A stretch of 62,976 nucleotides of DNA, counting the filler, from Craspedostauros australis (Eukaryota), in assembly GCA_030167865.1 (NCBI GenBank). It is 14 parts of 14 records of this genome, joined end to end, with 100 filler letters (N's around TTAATTAATTAA, not from the genome) between each part and the next. Parts side by side here need not be neighbours in the genome. Positions count along the whole stretch, not along the records: positions 25,495 to 30,652 come from JALAGF010004964.1; positions 30,753 to 35,767 come from JALAGF010004965.1; positions 35,868 to 40,872 come from JALAGF010004966.1; 11 more parts are not named here. The stretch is one strand, 5' to 3'. How positions within the stretch are numbered: the first letter of the stretch is position 1; each line of letters begins with the position of its first letter. The notes under the pieces were generated by a model, which had not been told where the DNA came from, searched no databases, and was given only the letters and a program-made list of their open reading frames with translations. Positions 25,495 through 37,933 of the stretch are shown here, piece by piece. The translations under genes and the position numbers were made by a program.

Positions 25495-25951
25495 GCCTAC
25501 TGACGTCGACAGGATGTCATCGTGTCACCACGTCGACATCTGTCTCCAGGTCAGAGCAGGAGGCGAAGATCCGATGACCGAAGGGCATCAGCATCATGGA
25601 TACGGAAGGTGAAGTTCAAATGGTAAGTACTCATGGAGTAGGAACCAGTACTGAACGAACGGAGTGTCGAATGCAGAGTACGCATCAAACACGGAGTATC
25701 GTGTAGCACGAAGTACACGATGCTGAGACAGAGAGAGAGAATACAGAGAAGAGCAAGAGAGCATCTCGCGTACCGACTCATAGTTGGAGACCAAATCTAC
25801 GAAACAGATTGAAGCGCCGAGAGCATCGGGCAAGAGAACGGGCGTACACTGAGAGGATCGGAGTAGCCAACTAATGAAATAGCAAACGAACGACTACCAA
25901 CCACCACCATCTTCCACGATCGTAGGTTACCAATCATGGAACTTGCCAACA
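25495..25951 (+). mobile_element. Family-A LTR, 3' portion (3' LTR or solo LTR)
   Basis: Reverse-complement match to ~10068-10520; ends CCAACA followed by unrelated flank. Confidence 0.88.
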
Positions 25952-27342
25952 TTGATGCCTTTTTCCTGGGTCTGCGTTGCTGACAAAGGACGTCATCATC
26001 AAACATAGATCGCAGGTATGTCAAGTAGGCACAGATTTTGGCATGGGTCTTTGCTGATGTGGCGATGTTGCCTTCTGTCTGTGTGCTGTTTGTGGGATGC
26101 GACGACTCGTCAAACGCCTCCTCCCAATACTACTGCAGTTCTCTGGCAACCCTTGTGCTGCTGCTTTTGCAATTATGGGCACACAGCAGCTTGGGGTCGC
26201 GCTTGACAGCCTGCTTCAGCCTATCCTATCCCCACAGGTTGGCAAGGAAATTGTAGAATGGCTTCACCGCGACAGCAACGTCCTTGCACAAGATGCGCGG
26301 TTCCGTTTGAATGGCCTTCTGCGCCACATGCAGATGGAAGATGACAGATGGCAGATGTAGGACACGAAGTTGAGCATGCCCTGCACTTGTTGCATGGACA
26401 GCCAATTAGAAATGTGGTGCCATTGCATTCGCGACTTGACCCATTCCTTCTGGATGGATTGACTGTGCGATGCGGCTTCATTCCGTAGACGCTCTCAGAC
26501 GACGGAGTGCATGTCCTCATCTTGTACTTGATCAACATGCAACTGTATGGAATTCATGAGGTGCCGCACCTTGATGTTGATGTTGGATGATGACAGTGGT
26601 GCCAGCATGTCTGTCTTGGCACTCGTCCTGGCATTCATCCTGACGTCTGGCGGAGCTGACTGGAATGTATCGGTCGTTGAGGCCAGCAATCTGGAGCATT
26701 CATTCTGTGTCGGCACATTCACGAATATTGGCACTGGTGGCAGATGAGAATTTGCATGTTGGTAGGTGTTTAAGTATGAATCCGTGATTGACAGTGATTG
26801 ACAGCCTGCAGCAATATCAACCATGACCATGTTGGTGGCAGTTTCTTGCAAAGGCAACCGAGGTTGCTGCTTGTGTCAGAGCAGAAATGCCCACTGAGAA
26901 GACAAGGGCATGCCTCCCAAACTCCATGCTCTTTTGTTTCGGACATCAGCCGCATCGATCCTGTTTCCTTCTCCTCTTCCACACATCATCCATGCTTGTG
27001 CTCATGACCGCATGAGTCCTTGTACGACCTATTCATGATCGCTGTACATATCTGTACAAGCATCATGTAGAGTTGAGGAAGATTCGGACACCATGTGGAC
27101 TCTTATACCATCAATGCATGGAGTAATGGAGTTGCACTAGGTGAGGAGGTGTAAGTATGAATATTTGCAGGAGCATCTGCATGATTTGAAGGTCCTTGCC
27201 ATTTGTCTGCCAATCCACACCTTCGCCATTCCACAACCTCAGCAACAAACATGAGAGATGAAGAAGAGAATCGTTCTTGGGATGTTCTTCGTTCATTGAA
27301 AGAGCACTATTGCAAAATCACAAGGGGACAGTAAAAGCAAAG

Positions 27343-27411
27343 TACCATGCCAAGATTTGAACCCGGAACCTCAGCAAGAATTGCTGGTGCTCTGCCATTG
27401 AGCTACAGGCG
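27343..27411 (-). pseudogene. tRNA-like sequence (tRNA pseudogene or SINE head)
   Basis: TAGCTCAATGG A-box, D-stem GCTC/GAGC, CAGCA/TGCTG stem, GGTTCAAATC B-box; poor acceptor stem and non-canonical anticodon loop. Confidence 0.6.
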
Positions 27412-28229
27412 TTGTGATTGCTGAAATGAACACAAGTGAAATTTATAGATAATGGGGGCTATGGAAGTAACATACTTAGCACAATGCAGATTTGTGCTGA
27501 TATTCATAGCATGCCCTTTTGGAAACATGGAACTTGACTTCATGGTAGGGTTGGTTGCCGAGCATGTTGGTCAAAGCACTGATCAACTCTGTGGGTGTCA
27601 TCAAAGACATGCCAGCACATGCGCAAAAATACACACACCCAGAATGTACGGAGGCGCCTATGACCTTTTGGGCCAATGGCAACATGCAACGACCATTTCG
27701 AACCAGTTGTGTGCCACGGTCAATGATCTCTCGCATTCGTTGTGCTTCAACAGATGTCCAAACAGACGTTGATCTTCTTCGATGGTTTTACTCATAGCAG
27801 TCGAAGATTCTCGTTTTCAGCGATGTCACGCAACAGAACTCTGTTGTCCCTCCTTCTTTCTTCTTGTTGTCCACGTACATTTTCGCAATGGATGGGAACC
27901 GGTGGATGCGAACCAGAACCAGGGGTGCGATCAAGAGAAGGACCCAAATCAGAATCAGGGGTGCGATCAAGAGAAGGAGGCAAACACAAAGAGAAGACCA
28001 AGACAACAAGACAACAAGACAACAAGACAACAACACACACCACTCAACCCCATACTCGAGCACATCAACAACAGACATCGAGTTACCACACAGTGTATGA
28101 TACCCATACGAATACAAGCTTTTGAAGACACCACCATCGATATCTCCGCCATAGGTAACTCGAACTACACTCTTCCTCGACAGCCAATCCAACGTCAATC
28201 GTCCAGTAATCACCGACCATCCCCTCAAA

Positions 28230-30652
28230 ATGCCGAATGTTACGAACGAACAACTCTTTGCTGCTGTCATGGCAGGCGACTTGTCGGTGTTGCAGGAATG
28301 GAAGACGCAGAACCAGACGCAGAATGAAGGAGTTGATGTCAACAAGGTCACAGACAGGAGTGGTTACACCCCCCTCCATGTGGCATGCATAAACGGCCAG
28401 CTGGAATGTGCGAAGTACCTCATCGAATCATGCAGGGCCGACACCAACTGCAAAGACAAAGATGGTTTCACTCCCCTCCATGTGGCATGCATAAACGGCC
28501 AGCTGGAATGTGCGAAGTACCTCATCGAATCATGCAGGGCCGACACCAACTGCAAAGACAAAGATGGTTTCACTCCCCTTCATGTGGCATGCATAAACGA
28601 CCAGCTGGAGTGTGTCAAGTACCTCATCGAATCACACGGGGCTGACATCAACTGCAAAAACAGCAATGGTTTCACTCCCCTTCATGTGGCATGCAGTAAC
28701 GGCCAGCTGGAATGTGTGAAGTACCTCATCGAATCACGCGGGGCTGACATCAACTGCAAAAGCAACGATGGTGAAACTCCCCTTCATCGGGCATGCCACA
28801 ACGGTCAGCTGGAGTGTGTGAAGTACCTCATCGAATCATGCAGGGCCAACACCAACTGCAAAGACAACAAAGGTCTCACTCCCCTCCATGTGGCATGCAT
28901 ATACGGCCAGCTGGAATGTGCGAAGTACCTCATCGAATCATGCAGGGCCGACACCAACTGCAAAGACAAAGATGGTTTCACTCCCCTTCATGTGGCATGC
29001 ATAAACGACCAGCTGGAGTGTGTCAAGTACCTCATCGAATCACACGGGGCTGACATCAACTGCAAAGACAACAATGGTGGCACTCCCCTTCATGTGGCAT
29101 GCAGTAACGGCCAGCTGGAATGTGTGAAGTACCTCATCGAATCACGCAGGGCCAACATCAACTGCAAAGACAACAATGGTGAAACTCCCCTTCATGGGGC
29201 ATGCTACAACGGCGAGCTGGAGTGTGTGAAGTACCTCATCGAATCATGCAGGGCCAACGCCAACTGCAAAGACAATGGCGGTGGCACTCCCCTTAATGAC
29301 GCATGCCAAACCGGCCACCTGGAATGTGTGAAGTACCTCATCGAATCACGCAGGGCCAACATCAACTGCAAAGACAACAATGGTCTCACTCCCCTTCATC
29401 TGGCATGCATGTACGGCCAGCTGGGGTGCATCAAGTACCTCATCGCATCAGCCAATGCCGATATCGACATCCAAAACAAAGACAACAAAACCCCTCTCGA
29501 TGTGATCAGCACAAACGATCAAATCAAGGTGATGAGATCGATCATCACTGGTCTCAGTCTCCGCAACCTGCAACTGCGGCAGCAGTTGAAAGAGAACAAG
29601 CAGGAAGGCCAGCAACTGAAGCTGGAGTTGGGACAGCAGAAGGAAGAAATGCAGCGCATGCTCTCAAAAAGTCAACGAGAGAGCAAACAACTGAAACTGC
29701 AGTTGGAACGGGAGGGGCAAGAGAAGGACCAGGAGAACGAACAACTGAAGTGGCAGTTGAAACAGCAGAAGGAAGCAATGCAGGGCATGCTCTTGAAGAG
29801 TCAACGAGAGAACGAACAACTGAAATGGCAGTTGGAACGGGAGGGGCAAGAGAAGAACAAGAAGGGCCAGGAGAATGAACAACGAAAACGGCAGTTGAAA
29901 CAACAGAAGGAAGAAATGCAGGACATGCTCTCAAAAAGTCGATGGGAGAACGCACAACTGAAGCGGGAGTTGGGACAGCAGACGGAAGAAATTCGGCGTT
30001 TGCTCTTGAAAAGTCAACGAGAGAGCGGACAACTGAAACGGAAGTTGGAATGGGAGGGGCAAGAGAAGAACAAGAAGAACCAGGAGAACAAGCGACTGAA
30101 ACAGCAGTTGAAACAGCAGTCAAAACAACAGCCAAAACAGCAGAAGGAAGCAATGCAGGGCATGGTCTCGACAACTCGACGGGAGAACGAACAGCTGAAA
30201 CAGCAGTTGGAACGGAAGGGGCAAGAGAAGAAACAAAAGGACCAGGAGAACGAACAACTGAAGCGGCAGTTGAAACAGCAGAAGGAAGCAATGCAGGGCA
30301 TGGTCTCGAAAACTCAACGAGAGAGCGAACAACTGAAACGGCAGCTGAAACAACACTTCAAGATCAGCATCGACCAAGATCGTCGCACCGCTGTTCGTGC
30401 CGAGGCCATCGCAGACACTACCTTCCTGTGCGGACAAGGGGACGACCAACAATCAATCAAGGCAAACTCCGCAGTCCTCATTGTCACTGTTCCATCCATT
30501 CAGACATTGATCAACTCTGGAATCCAACATCAATGCGCTCACGATGGTGCTCAAGATGGAACTGAACCCATCCAAACAACCATCCCTCTTCCCAACCTTC
30601 AACCAAAACACGTCCGACACGTCCTCCAATGCATCTACACAGGTGAGATGTC
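28230..30652 (+). CDS. Ankyrin (11 repeats) / coiled-coil / BTB-POZ protein, 3' truncated
   Basis: Eleven 34-aa/102-bp repeats (28362-29483), long Q/E/K coiled coil, BTB start ADTTFLCG..HVLQCIYTG; paralogue of the 15696 gene. Confidence 0.92.
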
Positions 30653-30752
30653 NNNNNNNNNNNNNNNNNNNNNNNNNNNNNNNNNNNNNNNNNNNNTTAA
30701 TTAATTAANNNNNNNNNNNNNNNNNNNNNNNNNNNNNNNNNNNNNNNNNNNN

Positions 30753-32070
30753 CAGATCTCTCCGTCCCTGCAGCGTGCGGTGGCCGATGTCGCGCTGCCG
30801 TTGACGACCGTGCGATCCAAGACCACCAATTGGTTCTCATCCAACAAGGAGTTCCAGCTGCTGCACTTCAATCTCAGACAAATGATCATGGATGTGGGCG
30901 GCGACACGACGAAGGCGCTGATCCAAGAGGACGGTGAAGCCATGGCTCACCATGCTCCATCATGCGAGGAGTGTTGCAGGAGGTGTTGCTGGAGGAGCTG
31001 AAGACGACGCCCGTGCATCTCCGCAAGCAGGTGGCGAATGCGGAACATGAAAAGACGGAGGCGTGACATGCCATTCATCTTGCGTTTGGAGATGGAACGA
31101 AGGAAGGCCGGGCTGGTACGATATGGTGGTGGGCTGTGATGGTGTCAACAGCGTCGTCAAGCAGTACATCAACAACAATGCGCGGTCCCCATCAGACAGC
31201 CAACGCAATTCGGTGGTTGTGTACTCTGGTATCCGCATCCGGTACGCCATCCGGGATGTCGCCAAAGAGGACAGCGACAGTAACAGTGGCAGCCGTAGCG
31301 GCGACCGAAGGAACAAACCCGCACAAGATTCCATCCTGCAGCAACATTTTGGCAATGGCGCCTACAGCCTCACTGACAACTACGGTACTGGTATCAAGCG
31401 TGATACCATCAGAGGCTGCTTCATCATCTTCCGCAACGCCTTCCCCTTCTCCAAGCCCACTGCCACCAATAACGACAACAACGTCGCTTGGAAGGCATCA
31501 TCCGAGGCCAAACGCATCCAGCAACAGATGCGACAGTAGATCGATGATGCCAAGATCTCCATGCACACCATCAGGCCCATCATCGATCGACTCATGGGTA
31601 ATGCCGATCGTTTCTTCGAGTTGGGGATCTACCTCCACAATCCCTTTGCGTGACGGGCCAAGGCGATGGTTGCCACCAACGGCAACCGCAACTGCAACCG
31701 CAATGGAGGCACCAGCGCACGCCATACCACAGTTTCTTGGACAGGACACCAATCAGGCCATCCAAGACGCTCATGGTCTGGCCAACGCCATGCAGCGGTA
31801 CACCGCGCAGTACAATGAACAAGCCAATGGTGGGAACAGACTCGAAGACATCCTGCAGACAGTATACAACGACAAGCGATAGTCTACCACTACGACCGCC
31901 ACGGCCAAGGCTGGTCTGCTGGGATACCTGGAGGCCTTGTCGGGACCGTTGGCCAAGTTCCGGGTTGTGTCCTTCTTCATCATGGACAAGACGGGCGTTG
32001 CGAAGAAGACCGTTCTGGATGCTGCCGTTCCGAGGATACGAGAATGTGTGGAGCAGTGTGAAATCGTGAT
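30753..32070 (+). pseudogene. Decayed FAD-dependent monooxygenase (class A flavoprotein hydroxylase family)
   Basis: YDMVVGCDGVNSVV and AHAIPQFLGQDTNQAIQDA motifs in different frames, several stops. Confidence 0.8.
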
Positions 32071-32313
32071 GTGGTGCAGATAGGTTATGTGGACGACTTT
32101 CGCTTGTTGTTGATGGACCAACCATACTCATACGATCTAGACATTCCATACTTCTCACCAACCGCAGCACACAACCACAGTCACAATCATAATCACAAGC
32201 GAACATCTCCCTATCAATCAATCAATCAACCAACCATCTCCCTTGTTCCATCCTACTCGTACAACGCCACACTCACATGCACCAGAGCATCAATACTGTC
32301 TTCATGCGCTGTT

Positions 32314-33771
32314 CTAATTACTCGACGACCAGAGTCCTCCAAGCCAATCCAGGATCGCATCAATCATCGATGTGCCGTTCTTTTCCACACAGCAAGCAGA
32401 ATCATCATCAACTCGGATGAGCCGATCCGCTCTCTTGTCATCCCACGCCTGTTTCAATATCTCACTGCTCTGCAGCAGAAGATGGAAAGTCTCGCTCGTG
32501 GGATCCATTGTACCCATTAGGCCCAGTGCATGCATTGTACCCCAATGTCTGCTTGTCCTAATCAGCATCTCCCCAAACAGGGCCAGTGGTCGTGACCATG
32601 TTGGAAGGGAACACAGCGTTGCTCTCACCTTGTTGCGATGATTTCGCCGCAAGATACGTTCAACAAGCGCATTGTACAAATGGACATGTTCTTCAGGCGG
32701 GCATGGACCAATGTCGAGATCGGTGAGTTGGGTAGTCTGCTCCAAGGCTTGCTGAAGTGCTTCCATCTGTGCCGAGAAGATCTCAGGCGGAACTTCAAAC
32801 ATGCCGGGATCCCCAAAGTGACGGTATGTGAGAGATGACAAGCCCTTGTTTCCCAGGAGCGATATCAAAGTGTCGAACATTATCATCTGCTCTGGCTCCG
32901 ATACTTCGTTCCAAATATCGGCAACCCTGAGCTTCTTCAGGTGTGATGCATCTGAAAGGTGTTGGATGATCTGGTCGATTTCTTGTTGTGAGTAGATTTG
33001 TTGGGCGCTGTTGACCCGGCAGAGAAATATGTTGAGCTTGTTGATGCGCTTGTTTGACTGGAATAGCTTCGCCAAGCTATCGCAAGTGACGCGGGTGTCC
33101 AAAAAGGATACTTCGGTGATGCTGCAATTGTTTGGAGACAGCCATCTGCACAAATCAGCGCTCCCATTGGCAAGCTTACATTTTTGAAACACAACGTATT
33201 TGGAGTTTTGGGAGATGTTGAACATGAGCTTGTCGCAATCAACAAGATCACATGAGCACAAATTCACACGATGTGTCACAAGAGGGATATCGTGGAGCTG
33301 CTTCATCTTCACGAAGCATTGAGTCAAGTAGATGCCTTCGTCGAATGAAAGTTTGAGTGGATGTTCGGCAGCCAATCGAAGTACGAAGCGAATCGCTTGC
33401 TTGTCTTCTTCTCCGAATTGATCATTGCTGCCGAATTCCAGAGTCAGGGATCGAATGTGCATCCGCCCACAGCCCCTGCGAAACGGATCGCTCAGTAGAA
33501 CATGGGGTGATAAAGCAATGTGCTTGTGCCGCCGCTTCATCGAGTCCAAGCCAGCAAAGGTGAATCCTGCTTCGATGGCCATGTCCCAGTGTTCCATCCG
33601 CTTGGGTGTGACACTGTAGCAGTGGATCTGCTGTCTTGGATGACTCTGCACATTGAACACGGTCTTCGGTGACAACTTTTTTCGATGGAGTTGTTTCCAG
33701 AAAGTCTTGAAGTCTGGATCACGATCGCTGTTGGTATTGGTGTTGGCAACAGCATCCATGTTGTGGTTCAT
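32314..33771 (-). CDS. Hypothetical protein, possibly RNI-like/degenerate LRR
   Basis: 485-aa ORF with LxxLxL-like strands (INKLNI, LKKLRV, LSSLTY, LTDLDI). Confidence 0.7.
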   Translation of the reverse strand: MNHNMDAVANTNTNSDRDPDFKTFWKQLHRKKLSPKTVFNVQSHPRQQIHCYSVTPKRMEHWDMAIEAGFTFAGLDSMKRRHKHIALSPHVLLSDPFRRGCGRMHIRSLTLEFGSNDQFGEEDKQAIRFVLRLAAEHPLKLSFDEGIYLTQCFVKMKQLHDIPLVTHRVNLCSCDLVDCDKLMFNISQNSKYVVFQKCKLANGSADLCRWLSPNNCSITEVSFLDTRVTCDSLAKLFQSNKRINKLNIFLCRVNSAQQIYSQQEIDQIIQHLSDASHLKKLRVADIWNEVSEPEQMIMFDTLISLLGNKGLSSLTYRHFGDPGMFEVPPEIFSAQMEALQQALEQTTQLTDLDIGPCPPEEHVHLYNALVERILRRNHRNKVRATLCSLPTWSRPLALFGEMLIRTSRHWGTMHALGLMGTMDPTSETFHLLLQSSEILKQAWDDKRADRLIRVDDDSACCVEKNGTSMIDAILDWLGGLWSSSN

Positions 33772-34745
33772 CCTTTTCTTGTTGTTGCTGATTGTTGCTG
33801 ATTGTTACTGATGATGATTGTTGCTGTTGGTGGTACAATCGTACGAGTAGAGTAGGTAGAATATGTGGTTCCAAATCAGTTGCGCTTGGATGGCGATTGT
33901 GAGCTCATCTGCTCAAGTTTGCTGTCCTCCATTTCATGATCCTGTGCATTGATCACGAAGCAACGTGTTGTCAGTCAACACGCCTACATGGACTGCGCAG
34001 TTCCACCACAGTGTATGGTGTGGTACGACTATGGTGTGGTGTGGTGCGACCGTGGACAGCCACATCACAACCCGAAGCTGGCTAGCTAGCTCGCTCGCTC
34101 GCACGATACGACCTTCGATGATGCCCAACTTGGCCACGCTGTGCAGGCGTGCCTCTTCATGTGATACATAGTTTGTGTAACATGAGTACATCCCTCTGTG
34201 ATGTTCTCGGGGGAGTCAACCACGATACTATTATATTATACTCCGATCGATACACTTCTTCGGGAGTTGGATGTTCTCGGACGACTCCAATGGGCTGATC
34301 CACGATGTGAAGAATCCATCACGATGACTTCTTCAGTGGACATCAGAGGCGGTTCTCTCGTTTTGTGGTGAGGATGACGATGATGACCACTCGTGTTTCA
34401 ATCCACAACAAACGTATCCAAGACTCCTTCCTGCCACCATGATGCGGTTGGAACGATGCAATCGTCAAACAGCACGACAACACCACAAGAAGCAGACATG
34501 AAGCTTCTCCTCGCTTTCGTCTTGGCGCCTCACCATGTTTGTACAATGATCGTACCCATGCAAGCACAGAACGTCTCATCGTTGGTCGCCACTCGCATGG
34601 ACAAAGGTCAAGACAAGGAGGTGATTGGAGCAGTGCGCACACCATCTCGCTACCATCGCCGAGTTGATCATTATGATTGTAGTACAACCATCAAGCCACA
34701 ACACTGCCATGTTCGTCATCACATCATGATCCATCCACGCAAATC

Positions 34746-35701
34746 ATGAGGATTCTTTCCATCACTCGCATCTGCGTGGCAGTTGTGCTCCCCAGTTCTG
34801 TCATTGTCGATTCTACTGTTCGTGCTGATGATGGTGCTGATGATGATGGTGCTGATGATGATGGTGCTGGTGCTGGTGCTGGTGATGTCAAGCAACAGGA
34901 TAGGGAACCGCAACTGAACATGATGCATCCACAACGTCTGCGGCTGCTCTAACCGCGCATCCCCGCACATGCGGCAAGGCACGGCATGCAGCGCCAATCG
35001 CAACAGCAGCGCGATTCGATATTGAGGTGCTGGACACCGTCGATATCACTGGCAGGAGACTTGCTCTATCCACAGTGGGTAATCAACCATATTCCATCTT
35101 CTACCGTCCCAGCTCATGGAATGCGCCTGGTGCCTGGACGGAGATTGCATCCGGAACCATCGAGGCGAGAGGTGTCGACGAGTTCACTGATGTGATCTCG
35201 TTCAATCCACCGCTGTCGTTTTCAGCAAGTGATGGCGTGGTCGCCATCCGCATCGACACTAGCACAAACCAATTGAGGGATATCGCTAACAGCATTGAGC
35301 CAATTCCGTCAGATTGGTTCGACTGCCAGAACGGCCCATTCACCATGTTCACGGGGATTTCGAGTGGCGTCGTTGGTGACAATCCTCCTCCTCTATTCAA
35401 AGGCATCTTCGATTACTTCATGGGATCGTTGGAGTCCTGCAACGGAAAATCGAAGATGCCGTCCGCTGTGCCATCACCCGCACCATCAACTCTTGCATCG
35501 TCCACTTCCTCATTCACTCCGTCTTTTCCACCATCTGCATCGCCGTCAAACCTTCCAAGCAACACAGCCAGCGGGGCACCTTCGATGCAGCCTACTTATG
35601 CACCTACCAGCTCAGCTTTCTCACCAATGATCCCTTCCACGGTATCCGTCATGCTGGTGATGGCCTTATCAATCATGACAACAGTCACGTTGCTAAACTA
35701 G
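34746..35701 (+). CDS. Putative secreted/GPI-anchored protein; 5' part in a different frame (intron or frameshift near 34900)
   Basis: Signal-like N-terminus at 34746; main frame open 34904-35701 with beta-rich domain, P/S stalk and hydrophobic C-terminal tail. Confidence 0.55.
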
Positions 35702-35927
35702 GCTGTGAAATTGTCACGAAGACCATTCCTGCTCATTCTTCAAAGTAGACCCTCCAAAAACACAGACNNNNNNNNNNNNNNNNNNNNNNNNNNNNNNNNN
35801 NNNNNNNNNNNTTAATTAATTAANNNNNNNNNNNNNNNNNNNNNNNNNNNNNNNNNNNNNNNNNNNNGTTGCGCTGTTCGCCTCACCATTGCGCAACCAC
35901 AACCATCAAGTCCGGACATCACTATCC

Positions 35928-37505
35928 ATGACCTCACCGTCTCTCATTCCGCCCAAGTCGACCTCTGATGATGCATCCCCGTCAATCATCACCCATCAGG
36001 ATCTCCTACGCGCCGCAGAACAAGGAGACATGGATACCCTCACTGCGTGGAAGACAGCATTCCCACAAACCTCCATCGACACGATCAAGGATGACCGCGA
36101 CAAGACTGCACTCCACTTCGCATGCTCCAACGGCCAACTTGAAACGATCAAACAGTTGATGGAATCATGCGGAGCAAACGTCAATGCCAAATCCATGGAT
36201 GGAGAGACTGCGCTACACTATGCATGCGCACAGGGCAACCTTGATGTCGTGGAATACCTGGCCGGATCGCATGCCGCAGATGTCAACCTCCAGGATAACT
36301 CCGGCAAGGTGGCACTCCACGACGCTTGTACCGAGGGTCATGTGGCCATCGTGAAGACTCTGATCGAGTCACATTCTGCAAGCGCTCTCGTGCAAGATGA
36401 GAAGGGTGAGAATGCCCTCCATGCTGCGTGTCTTCATGGACACTTGGATGTTGTGGAGTACTTCGTTGGATCATGTGGAGTGGAAATCAATGTGCAAGAT
36501 GAATCTGGCAATACTGCGATCCACAATGCGTGTCTGAAGGGTCATCTTCACATTTTGAAGTATGTGATGGAGGCTCGTACTGTGGCCATCGACGTCCAGA
36601 ACAATGACGGCGATACCGCACTCCATATTGCTTGTAGAAACGGTCATTTGGATGTTGTGAAATGGTTGGTGGAGTCAGGTCAGGTGGACATCAATGCCAA
36701 AGACGAGAATGGCGACAGTAGCCTTCACTGCGCAAGTGCTGGAGGTCATCTGGATTTGGTGAAGTATTTGTTGGAATCAGGCGAAGCCAACGTGAATGCT
36801 GAGAATCATGAGCGCGAGACTCCAGTCTACAAGGCATATTGCCACAGCCACTTCGATGTTGTCGAGCATCTCATCGGAACACCAAGCATACATCCCAACT
36901 CCCAACACGAGGATGGCAACACCGTGCTCCATCTCGCAAGTGGCGGTGGCCATCTCGATGTTGTGAAGTGGCTGGTTGAATCCGGCAAAGCCAATATCAA
37001 CGCGAAGAACGACAAGCACGAGACTCCACTCTACAAGGCATATCGCAACAGCCACTTCGAGGTTGTCAAGTATCTGGTCGCAGCACCTACTGTCGATTTG
37101 AACGTCAAAGGCAAGGATGGTCGATCGATACTCCATCGCGCAAGCGCTGATGGTCATCTCGACGTTGTGAAGTCGTTGGTTGAACAAGGCAAGGTAGATG
37201 TCAACATCAAAACCAACAGGTCTGGCAACACTGCACTGCACAGAGCGTGCTTCAATGGTAGATTGGAGGTTGTGAAGTATTTGGTGAAAGTCTGGAACGC
37301 AGAAATCAACATTCAAAACAAGTATGGCAGAACTCCACTTTGGCGGGCAAGTTTCTGTGGCCATTTGGAGGTGGTCAAGTACTTGGTGGAATCGTGCAAC
37401 GCAGACATCAGCATCAAGACCAGCAGTGGCTTGACTGCGCTGAATATTGCGATTAAAAAGGGCCGCACTGATGTTGTCGACTACTTGACCATTCTTGCTT
37501 CATGA
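35928..37505 (+). CDS. Ankyrin repeat protein (~14 divergent repeats)
   Basis: Repeated TALHxAC..GHLDVVKYLVE. Confidence 0.92.
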   Translation: MTSPSLIPPKSTSDDASPSIITHQDLLRAAEQGDMDTLTAWKTAFPQTSIDTIKDDRDKTALHFACSNGQLETIKQLMESCGANVNAKSMDGETALHYACAQGNLDVVEYLAGSHAADVNLQDNSGKVALHDACTEGHVAIVKTLIESHSASALVQDEKGENALHAACLHGHLDVVEYFVGSCGVEINVQDESGNTAIHNACLKGHLHILKYVMEARTVAIDVQNNDGDTALHIACRNGHLDVVKWLVESGQVDINAKDENGDSSLHCASAGGHLDLVKYLLESGEANVNAENHERETPVYKAYCHSHFDVVEHLIGTPSIHPNSQHEDGNTVLHLASGGGHLDVVKWLVESGKANINAKNDKHETPLYKAYRNSHFEVVKYLVAAPTVDLNVKGKDGRSILHRASADGHLDVVKSLVEQGKVDVNIKTNRSGNTALHRACFNGRLEVVKYLVKVWNAEINIQNKYGRTPLWRASFCGHLEVVKYLVESCNADISIKTSSGLTALNIAIKKGRTDVVDYLTILAS

Positions 37506-37933
37506 GAGCATAGCTATAAATTGGACAAAAACCAACCAACCACCTGTCAATGGAATCTCCATGAGTAGCTGTCAAATGCTTAACATCCATCGTTGACATA
37601 AATCAGTCGTTACTGGACTATTTTTCAGTGGACAACAATTACTTCACTATGAGAGGATTGTACGCTGTTCTGTGCTGAACGCCGCTTCGTGTTGCAAGGT
37701 CATGGTACCTCTGTCCAGCCCATACGCCGTAATGTATTGCGACGTGTTGCGATATGTTGTGGCAGGTATATGTATGGCATGCGATTGCACTTTGCATCTC
37801 TTGGAGGAAAGCGGTACATGGTCTGAGATTCACGATACATCTCAGACATACCATCGGAGTCGTGATCCATGTGTTGATGCGGCGCACTGTGGTTGCGCCT
37901 GATTATCATGTGAAATATCATACATTGACGTGC

